A DNA stretch of 64,000 nucleotides from Marsupella aquatica (GCA_973895155.1 OZ316893.1:22851844-22915843), one strand, 5' to 3'. Positions 10,649-24,796 are shown, counted from the stretch's first letter. Program-made: numbers and translations. The notes: generated by a model from the letters alone, not told the origin.

Positions 10649-11930
10649 GGCGAGCCTCAGAAGAAAGACTTTGTTTAGTGGCCCTAACGCGATGGGCCCT
10701 GGCAGACCAAACTATGCACTTAGCCCCAGAATGAGTCAACTGGTCAGATCCATCCTCGTCGCGAGGCCAGGCGACCAATAATCATTCAAGAAGATTGAAA
10801 TTCCCTGAAGGCTGGACAATTTCCATTATAAAGTCTAGCGCCAATTGCTGATCAGGTACCTTCATAATGTTCAGCTAGTGATCTCCTATGTTTGTTGCAC
10901 CGTAAAAATAGTTCTCATACTTATCACCGGATAGATTTAGACGCGGATTAGCAAACTCGATTGAATGAGGGAAAGCACATAGTTGTGCTTTACTCGTCCT
11001 CGAACCTCTTCTCTCGCAACTACACTGAGGATGTAAGCAGGCATATCAGAATTGGAAGATAGAGCTACCGTAGTTCGTCTTGAGCGCAGCGCAGTGAAAA
11101 ATATATAAAAGCGAAAGTCAGCAGGCGACTTCAGCAACCGTAGAACCATTTCTCCGTGCTGCGCACTCATAACTAGTGAGCAGCCAAGCCATCGTTGTGG
11201 CCACATCTGACTCTAGCTAGCCGATTTACGAAGGACTGAACTCTCCTCAGCATAGTTAGAGGACATCCACGGCGACCTGACGGCAAAACAGATAGAGTGA
11301 ATCAAGGCGGAGGAGGGTTGGCAGTGCAACCCACTTCCAAAGTCTAAGTACAACAGAATCTGAAAATTTGTGATGGAATTGTGTCGGTCTCGATCAACGT
11401 AGTAAAGACTTATTTCCCGTCCTTGTGCCTTCGCTTTCCGACAACTTTGAGAGTAACTGGAACGATACCAGTCCGATTCAGGAACTTTGTGAAATTCCCC
11501 TGCCATCACGGACACATCAACGCATCGGCACATAGCGGACATACACTGCAGCTAGAGCTCACAGAAACAACGCAATTGCCTGTAATGAACCAGAGCAAAG
11601 AGAACGGTGGATGTACCTTTCTGGCTGGAAAGTAACTATGGCGGCAGTGGATCGATTCAATCTGAGGAGCCCGAGTCTCGGTCCTGCACCTCAATCTCGA
11701 CCATCTCGAGGTCCTGTGACCGAGCAATTGGCGATAACTTGTACTAGATGTTCAATTGTGAAGCACTCAGAAACGCGGCCCTGAATGGTCACTCCCTCTT
11801 CGAAACTCACCATAGCGTGTCCAGCAGAATCTGCTGCCGTGGGGGCACCACCGGTCTGGTCCTACAGAGCTTCGCCAATAATTCTTCAAGATCGAAGGAA
11901 TTTACAAAACACGTGGCAACTTTTTGCCAA
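10649..11930 (-). promoter_or_regulatory. Conserved upstream region (promoter/5' UTR) of the NLR genes
   Basis: About 1.2 kb non-coding and highly similar at 23438-24650 and 45864-47200. Shares a TATA-like TTTATAAT (~10826-10833, minus) and a W-box-like TTGACT (~10734-10739, minus). Confidence 0.4.
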
Positions 11931-13699
11931 AAGTGGTGAAGAGGTGTGATTTGGTGAAATTTTGCTACTAAATAATTTGATGTTGGGGAGTCACCATCGG
12001 GGCCACCCTGTTTCCACCATATTGTGGGCTACAATGCCCCAAAATGCCCTGGTAAAGAGGACTTAATACACTTTAATCCTTCAAACTCAAAAGAAGGGCA
12101 AATGGAAACCCCAAAATCTAGTCTAGTCTAGATAATACAGAAAAATAAAGACCTACTAGTCCATATCTAGCCTACTAACTAAGTGTAACTGGGACATGGA
12201 TGTATGGGGCAAGGGTCTTGTAAGGCACCGTAGCTAGTACCCACAGCTAGAGATCTACAGTAGTCAGATTGCTAGAGCTTCAACACTCAACAACATCACC
12301 CAAATTTGCTGACAGAAATGCCCCTTCAAAACGGATAGTGGTGATCTCGAGTTACCCGTCCTAGTGCCTCTCAAAGGAGCCCATGGAAGTGATGATGAGG
12401 GCTCTTAGATCTGTCAAACTGCTCCTCCAAGATCTGGACTGCTGACGACTGATCTGCCCTAGGATTTAGATTGGCTTGGAAGGAGTCTTTCTACTTATGT
12501 TGAAGTGCTTTATCTTTGCGTTCTTGGGTGTTTTGCCCTTGGCCCTTCTTAGGTGTTTTGCCCTTGGGCCTGCTTGGTACCCCCATCCATGGGGTTCAAG
12601 CGGAAAAAAAGACCCCCAAAAAAAGGGGAAAAAAAGAGTAGTTCTGACCATTGTAGCAGGTGGCTAAAAGAAGTCAATGACAAAATGCTAAAAGAAGACA
12701 ATTAATGACAAAATGTCCAGATAAACTAGACATGATCGATATAGCATCGAGCCTGGTGAATTGACCAAGTTCAACAATGCGTTGTTTTGGCCCCCATTCC
12801 AGCTGAACTTCCCTTTGTCTTCCGTTTAATTTTTTTGTACAGCACCCAACATATTCGCCTCTTTGCATGCAACGAGTTTTCTTTATTGCTCCAACATATG
12901 TTTTGCCTTTCCCCACAACGTATTTTTCTTTGCAATGGGACCCTGCCACTTTTTCACTCACAATCTTACTACAACTCTTGCCGTAGCTTTTGCCTCAACT
13001 CTCATCCCAACACCCTATGCATTAAAACCTTCCATCTGATACGTACTCTCCATTTGACAATCCCTGCTTTCACCTTGCAACCATCTAGCACACACTCAAT
13101 AACCGGATTTGGTGCAACTGACAACAACATTTTTGCAAGGACACACTTTCCGTGCTAATGACATTTCTGCAACACTTTCCGTGCCACGGACAATTCTGCA
13201 ACGACATCCCAGCTACAATAACAACAAGACCAGAACAACAATTGTGCAATGTACAGGCATTAGCTAGGCTAGTTTCCATTGTATAGACAACCAGCAACCA
13301 TTGTAGTACGTGAAATTGGTAATCTAAGTTGGGACAGTGATTTCATTGGGACATTTGGTTGCTGATATATTTCCACTAGGATCATATATGAGTTGGGATG
13401 GTTGGTCCATGGATCCCCCATGAAGAGCCCTGTACAAGAGTAGGAGATGAACCTTGTACACCAACGACATTCATTATACCCCTGTCCATTTTGATTGATT
13501 TCATGATTCCATGGAGTCTCACTTGGGTATATGCTCTGTATTACTTGTAGGCACCATAACTTTGTTCCCAAATTGTCAAATAATTTGTGGGGAAACTGCA
13601 ATCCAAATGATCACCAAAATTTTCACATACCCACATCTTACAAATGTCTTTTATTTTGTGAACGGGAGATAGTCCTTGAGCAACTCATGCAACTGGCTT

Positions 13700-14750
13700 G
13701 CAAGCCAAAACCCTCCATTTTCTGTATTTTTCACATAAATTCTTGATGTCTTGTTTTTTATTATCCCCTGCTCAATCAAGTATGCCAATTAGACATCAGA
13801 CATCACACTACTTGGTCTCTTTCATCAAATTAATGCCTTCCAGACCAATAAGGCCTTTCTGGCTATATCTAGAGTTCCTCATGTCGCCAGATTCATGTCT
13901 TCGATCATGATGGCAACCAATGAGAAGCTTTCCATTCGCCCCCTCTGCAACCCTCTATCTTCATGGGCTAGGAAAGGGGGACGCAAACAAGAAGTGGGCT
14001 GCTGCTAAGATGTACACTTATATTTTTCACTCCAAGGTGTCACATCCAACAGGAATCCAGGATGGTTTAGGGTGACCATTTAAAACTTAGAGGGCGAACT
14101 TGTCACCATATAGTCGTCCACAGTAATGGCATGACTGTGATAATACCTCTCACCATGATTATCAAATTCTTCTATCTAGCCAATACCTCCTGAGGCCACC
14201 TCTCTACTTGAGGATCCAAAGTTTTAATTAAGGTAATGACAGCTAAGCTAACTAAGCTTCTGGAGTTCCAATTTTCACACTTTTGAAGAAAATGTGATGC
14301 TAATACATATATGTGGAGAGTTTCCTACAAAATTCCACAATCTGAGCTTCTGACCGATACATTGTGACAGAAATTATCAAACTGCTTGCTCGTCGTCTCT
14401 AATGGGCGACGTCTTAATACAGTAGACAAAAGCTATGTGGTTCCATTCAAGACAACCACTGCCAACATGATATTCTAAGCAGAATAGTGATTCGGGAGTG
14501 GCTTTACTTGATCATCTTGCGAGTGGACCTTGTATTTGGCGTTTGCTACGCCTTTCCTCTAAGACCCAAATAAGCCTACACCACCAAATGATCGTGACCG
14601 ACTGGGCCCAAATGGGGGACACAGAATTGAGCATGGTGGTCGGCCTTGAAAGTAAACCTGCTCTTGGTTGGTTGCTTTGGCCTTTGATAGTTAATGAGCA
14701 CTGAAAGAATCTCTCTAGTCTGTCGCTAGTAGCATTGCACAGCGATACAG
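13700..14750 (-). mobile_element. Degenerate insertion absent from block B, possibly an L1 3' remnant
   Basis: Homology with block B breaks at ~13700 and resumes at ~14750. The minus frame IIWWCRLIWVLEERRSKRQIQG resembles the W-x-IW-x-ERN-x-R-x-F-x-G tail of plant LINE ORF2. Confidence 0.35.
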
Positions 14751-16472
14751 TATTCAATTTAGAAAACTTGCAAAGCCTACACACACAGAATTTTAACTCT
14801 GAGACGTAAGATATTAACATGACAGAGATGTTAAATGTTGTCGAGAGATCACAGCTTATACGATTGATAAAAGCATTTTCATCATCTTCCAATCCTGAGA
14901 AAAACAATCAAGACGTCAACACGTGTAGAGTTTGATTGGTCAAGTGGCCCTGTCTAATATCACCCTGATTCCGACGCTTTTTCAGCTGGATTTCCAATAC
15001 TACAAATGCACGCTTTTGTTTCTACATCAAAATACATATTGTCTAGGAATCTTTCCGTCCATGAAGTTTCCGGGAGGACTGCACACAAAGAGATACGGGT
15101 ACCTCAGCAAGGTTGCAGCCACAAATGACCTTTAAAAAATTACATCTCAACCGATTTTCCTATTTTCCTATGGGTTTGGCCTACTAATAAAGAATTTTAC
15201 TATAAAACACACAAAGTAACAGGCGAGTGTAGTTCGAGATCGACTATATCTGCTAACGTGCAAGAACCGTCCCTCGAATTCAATGAAGATCCAAATAGTT
15301 GCTTCAGACATAACCTTAACGAGACAATCTGATACCTTGAATAGCAACTTGGCCTTTCACCAGCGAGTCAAAACTACAGAGAATGATAGAAAAGATGACT
15401 ATTTGGATGCGGGAAGACTCGAGTGATGAGATAGTGATTTCGCTGGGAATACCTGCAGTCTGTACCTCCCGAATCATTTGCACAAGGTGAGTCTTCAGTA
15501 GAACTTCTCAAAATGGAGCTGAACAGGACTTGCATTACGTGGTCTAATGTCCTGTTCCCGTTTCTACGTTTTCAGATCCCAAACAAGTTTCACAGTCAAG
15601 TAGCTTAAACAGGAAAAGACGTAAAACTCCACATACATTTACAACATCGAACGACGTCCCGCAACCCTCAATTTCTCTCTCTTCTTCGGACCCCTGTCCG
15701 GACCCAGGGAGCTCGGGCAAGCGCAGCTACGTACTGACGTAGTTTCGCAGTGAGATCGTTGTTCCTTTGATAGAACCTGCAACAATCTATCAACGGAATT
15801 TTCTGTTGAACAGATGATAAAAGCAGTTGACCGTGACACGACAGAATCCAGGTTGTGTGCGCTTGCAAGGAGAAAGTTTCTGTAAATAATGTCGGAGGAA
15901 GAGTTTCCTCCCAAAATCGACATTGAAGGCAGCCTTATTGTCCTGAACTGGACCCACACTAATTGATCGAGGCAGGCTACAGGTGGATTCAAAGGACTGC
16001 ATGACATCGAGTAGTTTCCATGATAACGGCGTAGTTCGGGTTTCCTTACCAAGCATTCTATCAGCATAAAATACAGTAATTAAAGTCATGACTGACACTG
16101 ATACCCGTACCTTAGATCTAAACGTTGAGGAGCATGAAATTCATTGTTAAAATTACTTGACTTCTTGGAAGACAATAACTTTGAAACAGGCTAATAATAG
16201 GGCAGGAAATAAGACACAGAGTATGAGCACCCATACCATGGTGATTACACAAAGATCGGCCAGTCGAGAATTGTTCTGATTCATTTATTCAGCCTGTCTT
16301 TAGAAACCACACTCCAGCCCGCAAAGTCTGAACCCATCTTAGAAACCAAGTTCACGTAAATCTTATTCTGGCATAGGAAGAGATTCAGCGAAAGCTAGCA
16401 CTAATCTAGGTAGGAAATGATAGAGGAGAATGCTCAAAGTTAGTAGCGTGATAAAATGGGAGGGGGCAATTC

Positions 16473-19400
16473 CTAAAGTTCCAACTCCAGAAAACCTAGA
16501 GGAAAATCTCCCAAACACTGGTGTTGGCTTCTTTGAGGCCCAGAGCCAAGCATCTTTCGGCATCTTTCTGCGCTCCGTCTGTGTCCCAAGTAAGAACTTG
16601 ATATAGCCCCGGTGCTTCAACCATTCATCACCGCTAATTTCCAAGGCTGCTGTTAAGTTTTCCCATGCTCCATGGAGTTCGCCTGCCATTCGCTTCAGTA
16701 TTCCCCGTTCTTGCAAGTAGAAAACCCTGTCATAATAGCTACACACCCTGGCGTCGAAATCGTCCCACATTGCAAGGGCTCCGACAAATTTCTTCTCCTC
16801 TACCTTCCCATGACACTAAAAGATTGTCCACCCATTTTTTCCTTCCCTTCAGTCTGAACTCCAAAAACGCTACGGGCGATGCTCCCAAACAATCTGGCCC
16901 ATCCATCACAGGATCCATTGCCATGGATCTTTCTGCATCCTTTCGCGCTCCACTGTCATCCCCCATCAAGTATTTGACATAACCCCGATTCTTGAGCAAC
17001 TCATAATTGTCGTCGTGGTCTATTTCAATGGCTGCATTCAAGTCTTCCAAAGCTCCATCGAGATCGCCTGCCATTCGCTTCAATAACCCCCTTTCTTGCA
17101 AGAAGGAAATATTATGATGATAGCCACCAACCCTGGCGTCGAAATAGTCCCAAATTGCAAGCGCTCCCCGCAATTCCTTCTCCTTTACCTACTCGATCAC
17201 TTTCTCATGTGAGTATCTCCAAAGATCTTGCTCCAATCCTTCACTTCCCTTCAGTCTGAATTCCAAAAATGCTACAGACAATCTTCCCGAACAACTATGC
17301 CAATCCACCACAGGATCCATTGCCATGCATCTTTCTGCATCCTCTCGCGCTCCTCTGTCATTTCCCATCAAGTATTTGACGTAACCCCGATGCTTGAGCA
17401 CCTCATAGTTGTCGTCGTCTATTTCGAAGGCTGTTGTCAGGTCTTCCAGAGCTCCATGGAGATCGCCTGCCATTTGCTTCAGTATTCCCCTTTCTTGCAA
17501 GAAAAAAACCCTATGATGATATCCACCCACGCTGCTGTCGAAATCGTCCCAAATTGCAAGGGCTCCCAGAAATTCCTTCTCCTTTACCTTCTCCATCTTT
17601 CTCATGTGAGAACCTCCAAAGATTTTCCTGAAATGGTCCACTTCCCTTCAGTCTGAATTCCATAAATGCTACGGACAATCCTCCCAAACAATCAGGCCAA
17701 TCCACCACAGGATCCATTGCCATGCATCTTTCTGCATCCTTTCGCGCTCCACTGGCATCCCCCATCAAGTATTTAACGTAACCCCGATGCTTGAGCAGCT
17801 CATAATAGTCGTCGTTTATTTCCAAGGCTGCTGTCAGGTCTTCCAGAGCTCCATGGAGATCGCCTGCCATTCGCTTCAATATTCCCCTTTCTTGCAAGAA
17901 ATAATCTCGACGATATTGGGAATACACCTCGGCATCAAAATCACGCCAGATTGCCAATGCACCCTGGAAGTCTGAAATCCTCACCTTGTCTATCATTTCA
18001 CAATGTACTGACCACAATTTTCTCGAGTGCTCATTGCGTTCTGTTTCTCCTGCCAGCCTAAAATTCATATATGTTATTGTTTCTTTCCGGAAACCCGAGG
18101 CGAGCCACTTAGAAGGACCGTCTGCGCGATCTGTGCGAAGAAGTCTTAAGGCATTTGCACCATCATCGTTTGCAGGACCGAGATCCCCCGACAAGAAGTT
18201 CACGTAGCCTCGGTACCTCCAACACTCATACAGGCTGCGGTACTCACGAGATTCTGCGTCATCAGATGATACTTCCAATGCGGCAGTGAGATCTTCCAAG
18301 GCTCCCTGGAGATCTCCCGTCTGACATCTCATTATGCCGCTCTCTTGCAACAAGAATTTATGCCACCTCGGTTTTACCATAGCGAGGTTTGCGCAACAAA
18401 TATCTTCCAGGGCTCCCTGATAGTCATGTTCCGACACCTTCTCCATCGCGTTTCCGTGGATTCTCGTCATGAGCCACTTTGACGGTATGATTTTGGAGTC
18501 CTCATGGGTCAAGGAGAAACGCTTATCTTGCACCTTAAAGATCTTCCGTGATGTGGCGAGAGGGGCCACACCAGCGTCTCCCAACCAAGCAGGCACATCC
18601 TTGACGTATGGGAGGACCGAGAGCTCCAAAGTGTGCAAACACTGCATAATCTTCCTGAAGTCAGGAATGCTCCTTAAAGAAAGCCGCGAAAGAACGAGAC
18701 GAGTAAGCGCCTTCAGTTTGGCAAGTGACTCGGGCAGCTTCTGAATCGGAATCAGACTGTTGTATCCACTGATTTCCAAGTTTTGTAACTGCGTGAGTTC
18801 GCCGAAGGGAATGACTGAGAGGATATTCGAACGACAATCTGTCAGCTCTAGGCGCCTCAAACTGGAGAGTTTTCCAAATGAATTCACCACGGCTTCTAAT
18901 TGACATCCTTGCAACTTGAGGTCTTCTAGTCCTTCTAGATGTCCAAAGGAGTTGGGGACTCGTAAGTCGCAAGAACTACGGACTTTTAGGTGCTTCAGGG
19001 CACATAGGTGTCCAAAGGAGTGGGGCAAAGCTTGCAGTTTGTGACAATCACTGATTTCTAGGTGCTTCAGAGCAGAAAGGTTTCCAAAGGACTCGGGCAG
19101 GCCACGGAAGTCGCCACAACGACGGATTTCTAGGTGGTTCAAGGCAAGCAGGTGTCCGAAGGAGTCGGGAAAGGCTTGCAATGCATACAAGTGTGTGATT
19201 TCTAGGTGTCTCAAGGCAGACAGGTTTCCGAAGGACTCCGGCAAGGCGCGACAACCACGGAGTTCTTTCCATTGGAAAGACCTCAACGAACGCGCATCAC
19301 GCCCTGCGTTCCCGGATTCGTGCGCACCATGGATTTCTAGGTGCGTCAAGGCAGACAGGTTCCAAATGAAGTACACAGGGAGTTGAGTCTCGGACAACCA

Positions 19401-22400
19401 TTGAACACAAGACGATCAAGTGCGGATAGATTGCCGAAGGTGTCAGGAAGGGAACGTAAGTCACCACACCACTCAAATGCAAGATCTTTCAACTTGGATA
19501 GAGCACCGAAATTTTCGGGCAGGATATGAAGAGTATGGCAGTCCATGAATTGCAGGTACTGCAACTGCGATAGTTTGCAAAACGTCTCAGGCAAACTCTT
19601 TAGATCGCAATCATTGAACTCCAAATGTTCCAACCGGAATAAATTGCCGAATTCATCCGGTACACAGTGCAAGTCTGAACCGATGAAGATTCTAAGAGCT
19701 GATAATTGTCCAATAGATCTGGGTAGGACCCCCACACCGTGAACATGCAAAACTACAAGACTATCTTGAAGGGCAAAGTTGAAAGTATCAAGACCTCCAC
19801 AGCATTTGAGTAGGACAAGCTTACTCGGGAATGACCTCTCTTCCTCAACTCCATCAATGAAAAGCGGGCCATCCACTTCCAGATACAGCAATTTCTTCAG
19901 TTTCTCAAGCATATGGGTTGAAACGTGAATATCTTCAGTTGAGGAAGCATCACTTGAGGAAGCATCACTTGTGGAAGCATCCCAATCGTTGGACAACCTC
20001 AAGGCATGAATATCCTACAATGTCATAATATACTCACCATTTAGTTCAGATCTCATCAAATCAGCCGCTAGTTGAGTCCAATACATACAAAATCGACTAC
20101 TCCAAACCCTGCTAAGTAATTGTCATTCCTGAAACCCTCCATTACTGCTTTGAGGTCAAATGCTTCGCAATGTTACATATGCCTCAAACATTGAAGCCCA
20201 AAACCAACTTGACACCTCCTCACTACAGAATTTTATCGCATCAATCTAGAGCTCACCTGATTCGCCAACTCCTCATCGTTTTGTAGTAGCTTTAAGGCCA
20301 TTCTCCTTTCCCATACTCTGCACCTTCCACTGTTACTCGGCTCAGAAGCTATTTTTCGTCCCAGACTTAGAAGTTGGTCATGTATCTCAATATTCTTATT
20401 GTCCTCCACATGAATAACAAGAGACCTGTCCACCAAGGTTTGCCATTGTATGGTCTCATACTGCGTCTCATAAGCTTTCCTCCAAGCTGCTTTTGCGTCG
20501 CGCAAACACCAAGAACGCCCTTGAAAGAAAGTTGTGGCATCTAGGAACATTTGCTGCTCCGTCCCTTCAAGTCCGTCGTAGCTCACTCTCAACTTTGCCC
20601 ACAATCTCTTGTCAAGATCTCGAATATTGTCAGCCCTTATCACAGCTTGCAAAGTTTGCTGCCAAAACTTGCGATCCTGTTCGAATTTGAGGTGCTTTCC
20701 AAGAACTACAAGAGTAAGGGGCAGCCCAGAACACTTCTCCACTATAGCCACCATATCACGTTTCAAGTTTGCGGGTAAATTTGCGGGCTGTGGGAAAGCA
20801 TGGCTTAGGAACAGCTTTTCTGAATCTTTTTGGTTCAAAAATGGGACTCTAAAAATATCAACATCGTCCACGCGCTTGAGAATGTCCCAATCACGAGATG
20901 TAACAATGAACCGACTTTGTGGAGAGGGACCATCAACGAGGTGTGACAAGACGGTTATTTCAAGATCATCACTGATATTATCCAAAACAAGTAGCAGTTG
21001 CTTGTTGTTCAAAGCAGACCAGTTCTCTTTGTCTTCAACCTTCCTTCCAAGGCGGTGCATATGTTTCCACACTACCTTCTTTACCTCCTCAATGCCCCCT
21101 CCTTTCACCTTCAGATCAGGGACAAAACACCTGTACTCGTATGCGGGACTTAGTTCATTGAATACCGCCCGTGCGAGAGTGGTTTTCCCAAGCCCACCCA
21201 TGCCCACCAAGCCCAGCGTTGTAAATTTCTGAAGCCTCCTTTTAACCTCTTGTACGAGAACGTCCACATTGACCATGTGCTTTGGCAGAAATTCCCGATT
21301 TTGACGAATAGCTTGCCTTTCAACCACGGCTCTTTCTTCCTAGATTTGCAACAAGAGCAGGTTAGAAAAACAGCAATCCTAAAGTTTTGATATGAATTTT
21401 GACCTTTCATTTGAGAAGACAGGACACAGGATGTCACTGGAAAACAAGGACATGCTGTTGTTGCATGAAATGACTCGTTAATTAAAGTAACGCCCTTCGC
21501 TGAAGTTTGTTTCTGGGAAACCTTTGAATTGTCGCAAACGCTGCTGAGGAGTGTTGTGAGGGCGTTGAACCTTCTGGAGGTTTTTGTCTCTGGTCTGCAA
21601 ACGGAGAAATGGTCCGCGCTACTATCAAGATTAAAATTCACCCCACCTCTGGCAGAGGCTTCTGGTACTACAACAATACCTCGGAATATGCCCTGCGTGA
21701 CCACAGAAACGATGTCAAATTGACACGAAAAGGCAAATTGGACATCGCTTTTTTTTCTTTCTTTTTCTTTTTCAAATAAAGGAGAAATCTCTGAAACCCC
21801 ACAGAAAGTAAATAGTTTTTCTTTTTTAAATAAAGGAGAAATTTATGAAACCACACAGAAAGGGACTAGTGAGACACAATATCAGTGTCTCTATTCAAGT
21901 GAGCTACCACAAAATCAAAATCATGTCTCTATGAGTTAATTGGACATTGCTTTAGCTTTACCACTGGTGACTTTAATAATACTTCAATAGTTCAGAGACT
22001 CAAGGTACACTCAAGGTACATGCATTTATGTCAACTGAGCTACCACAAAATCATGCTTCTATGAGCTAAATTGGACATGGCTTTAGCTTTACCACTGGTG
22101 AGTTTAATAATACCTCAATAGTTCAGAGACTCAAGGTACAGGCATTTATGTCAACTACGGTAGATGTCTTGTTCCCATATATTCATAAAGAAACAAACTC
22201 TACGAGGTAGATGAATATGTTTAGAAAAGATGATGAAGTTTGTGCTTGAACGAGACTTCCTAGTTTAAGCTCATCCAGAAACCACAAGTGCCGAATGTGC
22301 ATTTGACCCGTCAAACGACTGGCCAAATTCATGACAAGGCTTTCTACTATGTGAACCGACTAAAATAAAGATAGATTATGAGATCATCTACAAGGATAGC

Positions 22401-23437
22401 AGCTGTACCGTTTTCACAGGGAGCATTTCCCCCAATCCTTCGATTTTCCACTTTGGGTAACACGTGCACAGATTTTGGAAGTAGGAATTCAGCCGGCTCG
22501 TGTCTTTGCTTAAAGTGGTGAAGTAATCAAAGAAAGGGCGGCTCAAGACACTTCTTGCTCTTCCTATATCAGAACTGCCGTGATGAGGGGTACTATAGTA
22601 AAATACCCCTCTCAAGCTATCAAGGAATTTCTTAATCATGGCCGCATTCATGCTGGACTTGAATGTGTCGTGTGCATGATGACACAGTTCCTTTATGACC
22701 AAACCCCCAAAAGAGTGGCCCACCAAGACCACTGGGCAGTGAGGCGTCTGACCAATGTTTGCCTGCATCAGATCAGTGATCAAGTTTTCGCTAATTATAT
22801 GCATGTCAAAGTTTTCAGCAGAACCCTTTCTCAGGCCTTCAATATAAGAGACAACCAGGATGTGAGCGTCAGGGAACTCCTCCGCGAGCCAGACCTTCGG
22901 CCAAATACAGCTTTCGTCCCCACTCATCCAGGTAGATAAGTGTGCTTCGGCGGATTCCCCAAATGGAAGCCCGTGGAAGAATAATACTTGTATGGTGGGA
23001 TCCACCTTCGGCTTGTGAAGCTCGTGTCATTCACCTGCGATAGCACGAACACAGTAGGGCAAGTACTGATTATTGGTTCATCCTACCTGATCTGGTTTCG
23101 ACAGAACGCTACAATAGAACAGAAACTCAGACAAATTAATATCAATTTCAGGAAAGCTTTCTCTGACGTTGACGGTTCCAGCAGTTCAGGACGGCGTGTA
23201 AAAATAGTCAATCCATAGACGAGAGAGACAAGAGACCGTATGGAAGATCACCTGACGAGCTTGCAAATTCCATTGTTGCACCCTTCTGCGGCGTCGATTA
23301 GCCACAACGGGTCGGAGCAAGAAAAAGCCAAGTAGACAGCACAAGATCACAATAGACAGTTGGCCTACTTCGTCAGTCGCCACTAGAATCGGAGCAAATA
23401 TCGCCGAGATTACGGAAACCCAATTGATCGCCTCCAT
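16473..23437 (-). pseudogene. NLR copy 2, same architecture, disabled; exons 23437-23252, 23034-22409, 21692-21522, 21339-20257, 20014-16473
   Basis: 7-nt deletion at the start of exon 2 (~23025; GTGAATGAC[TCCCTCT]ACGAG), 1-nt deletion in the LRR (~19360), 2-nt deletion at ~17597, in-frame TAG at 17189-17191, and further deletions near 16810 and 16580. Confidence 0.85.
21900..22160. repeat. ~135-bp tandem duplication expanding intron 2 of NLR copy 2
   Basis: gagctaccacaaaatc...gctttagctttaccactggtga...ttcagagactcaaggtaca occurs twice. Confidence 0.7.
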
Positions 23438-24685
23438 GGCGAGCCTCAGAAGATCGAAAGACGTTATCTTGTGGCCCTCACGCGATGGGCCCTTGCAGAC
23501 CAATTTATGCACTTAGCCCCAGAGTGAGTCAACTGGTCAGATCCATCCTCGTCGTGAGGCCAGACCACCAAAAATCATTCAAGAAGCATTGAAATTCCCT
23601 GAAGGCTGGACAGTTTCCATTATAAAGTCTAGCGTCAATTGCTGATCAGGTACCTTCATAATGTTCAGCTAGTGATCTCCTATATTTGTTGCACCGTAAA
23701 AATCGTCTCAGACTTATCACCATATAGATAGACGCGGATTAGCCAACTCGATTGAATGAGGGAAAGCACATAGTTGTGCTTTGCTCGTCCTAGAACCTTT
23801 TCTCTCGCAACTACACTGAGGACGTAAGCAGGCATATCAGAAATTGGAAGATAAAGCTACCGTAGTTCGTCTTGAGCGCAGCGCAGTGAAAAATATATGA
23901 AAACAAAAGTCAGTAGAAGACTTCAGGCAACCGTAGAACCATCATGCGTGCTGCGCACGTACTCATAACTGGTGAGCAACCAAGCCATTGTTGTGGCCAC
24001 AACTGACTCTAGCTAGCCAATTTACGAAGGACTGAACTCTCCTCAGCATATATAGTTAGAGGACATCCACGCCGACCTGACGGCAAAACAGATAGAATGA
24101 ATCAAAGCGGAGGGTTGGCAGTGCAACCCACTTCCAAAGTTTTAAGTACAACAGAATCTGAAAGTTTGTGATGGAATTGTGTCTGTCTCTATCAACGTGA
24201 TTGAGTGCCAAGTACTAAAGACTTATTTCCCGTCCTTGTGCCTTCGCTTTCCGAAAACTTTGAGAGTAACTGGAACGATACCAGTCCGATTCAGGAACCA
24301 TGTGACGTTCGCCTGCCAACACACATCAACGCATCTGTACAGAGAGGACATACACTACAGCTAGAGCTCACAGAAACAACACAATTGTCTGTACTGAACC
24401 AGAGCAAAGAGAACGGTGGAAGTACCTTTCTGGCTGGAAAGTAACAATGGCGGTAGTGGATAGATTCAATCTGGGGAGCCTCAATCTCGACCATCTCGAG
24501 GTCCATTGACTGAGCAATTGGCGATAACTTGTACTAGATGTTCAATTGTGAAGCACTCAGAAACTCGGCCCTGAATGGTCACTCCCTCGTCGAAATTCAC
24601 CAAAGCGTGTCCAGCAGAATCTGCGCCAAGAAGTCCAGATAGAAGGAATTGAGGTTTCTTTTGTCTGACTCTCGTGAGTCAAAAA

Positions 24686-24796
24686 TTGTCAAATGTGTAC
24701 AGTTTTTTAAAGTTGGTTTCACAAATGTTAATAAATTCTTTGTCAAATGTGTACAGTTTTTTAAAGTTGGTTTCACAAATGTTTACAAATTCTTTG
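24686..24796. repeat. 54-bp direct tandem duplication
   Basis: ttgtcaaatgtgtacagttttttaaagttggtttcacaaatgtt repeated twice, just outside the end of block A. Confidence 0.75.

Larger units (their letters stand above)
1620..24650. repeat. Segmental duplication block A (NLR copy 1 + spacer + NLR copy 2)
   Basis: Non-coding segments align in order with block B: 1630-4240 with 35370-39690, 10650-12230 with 45864-47410, 12400-12750 with 50336-50592 plus 52021-52063, 12750-13700 with 60380-61290, 14750-16470 with 61440-63070. Confidence 0.85.

Noticed and set aside
12787-13746. ORFs repeated at 60376-61505
   Set aside because: Similarity is due to the segmental duplication; frames are not preserved between copies and no domain was recognized.
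20609-21232. 207-aa plus-strand ORF (also 43612-44235) and other antisense ORFs over the NLR exons
   Set aside because: Shadows of the NB-ARC/LRR/TPR coding strand; their recurrence is explained by the gene duplication.
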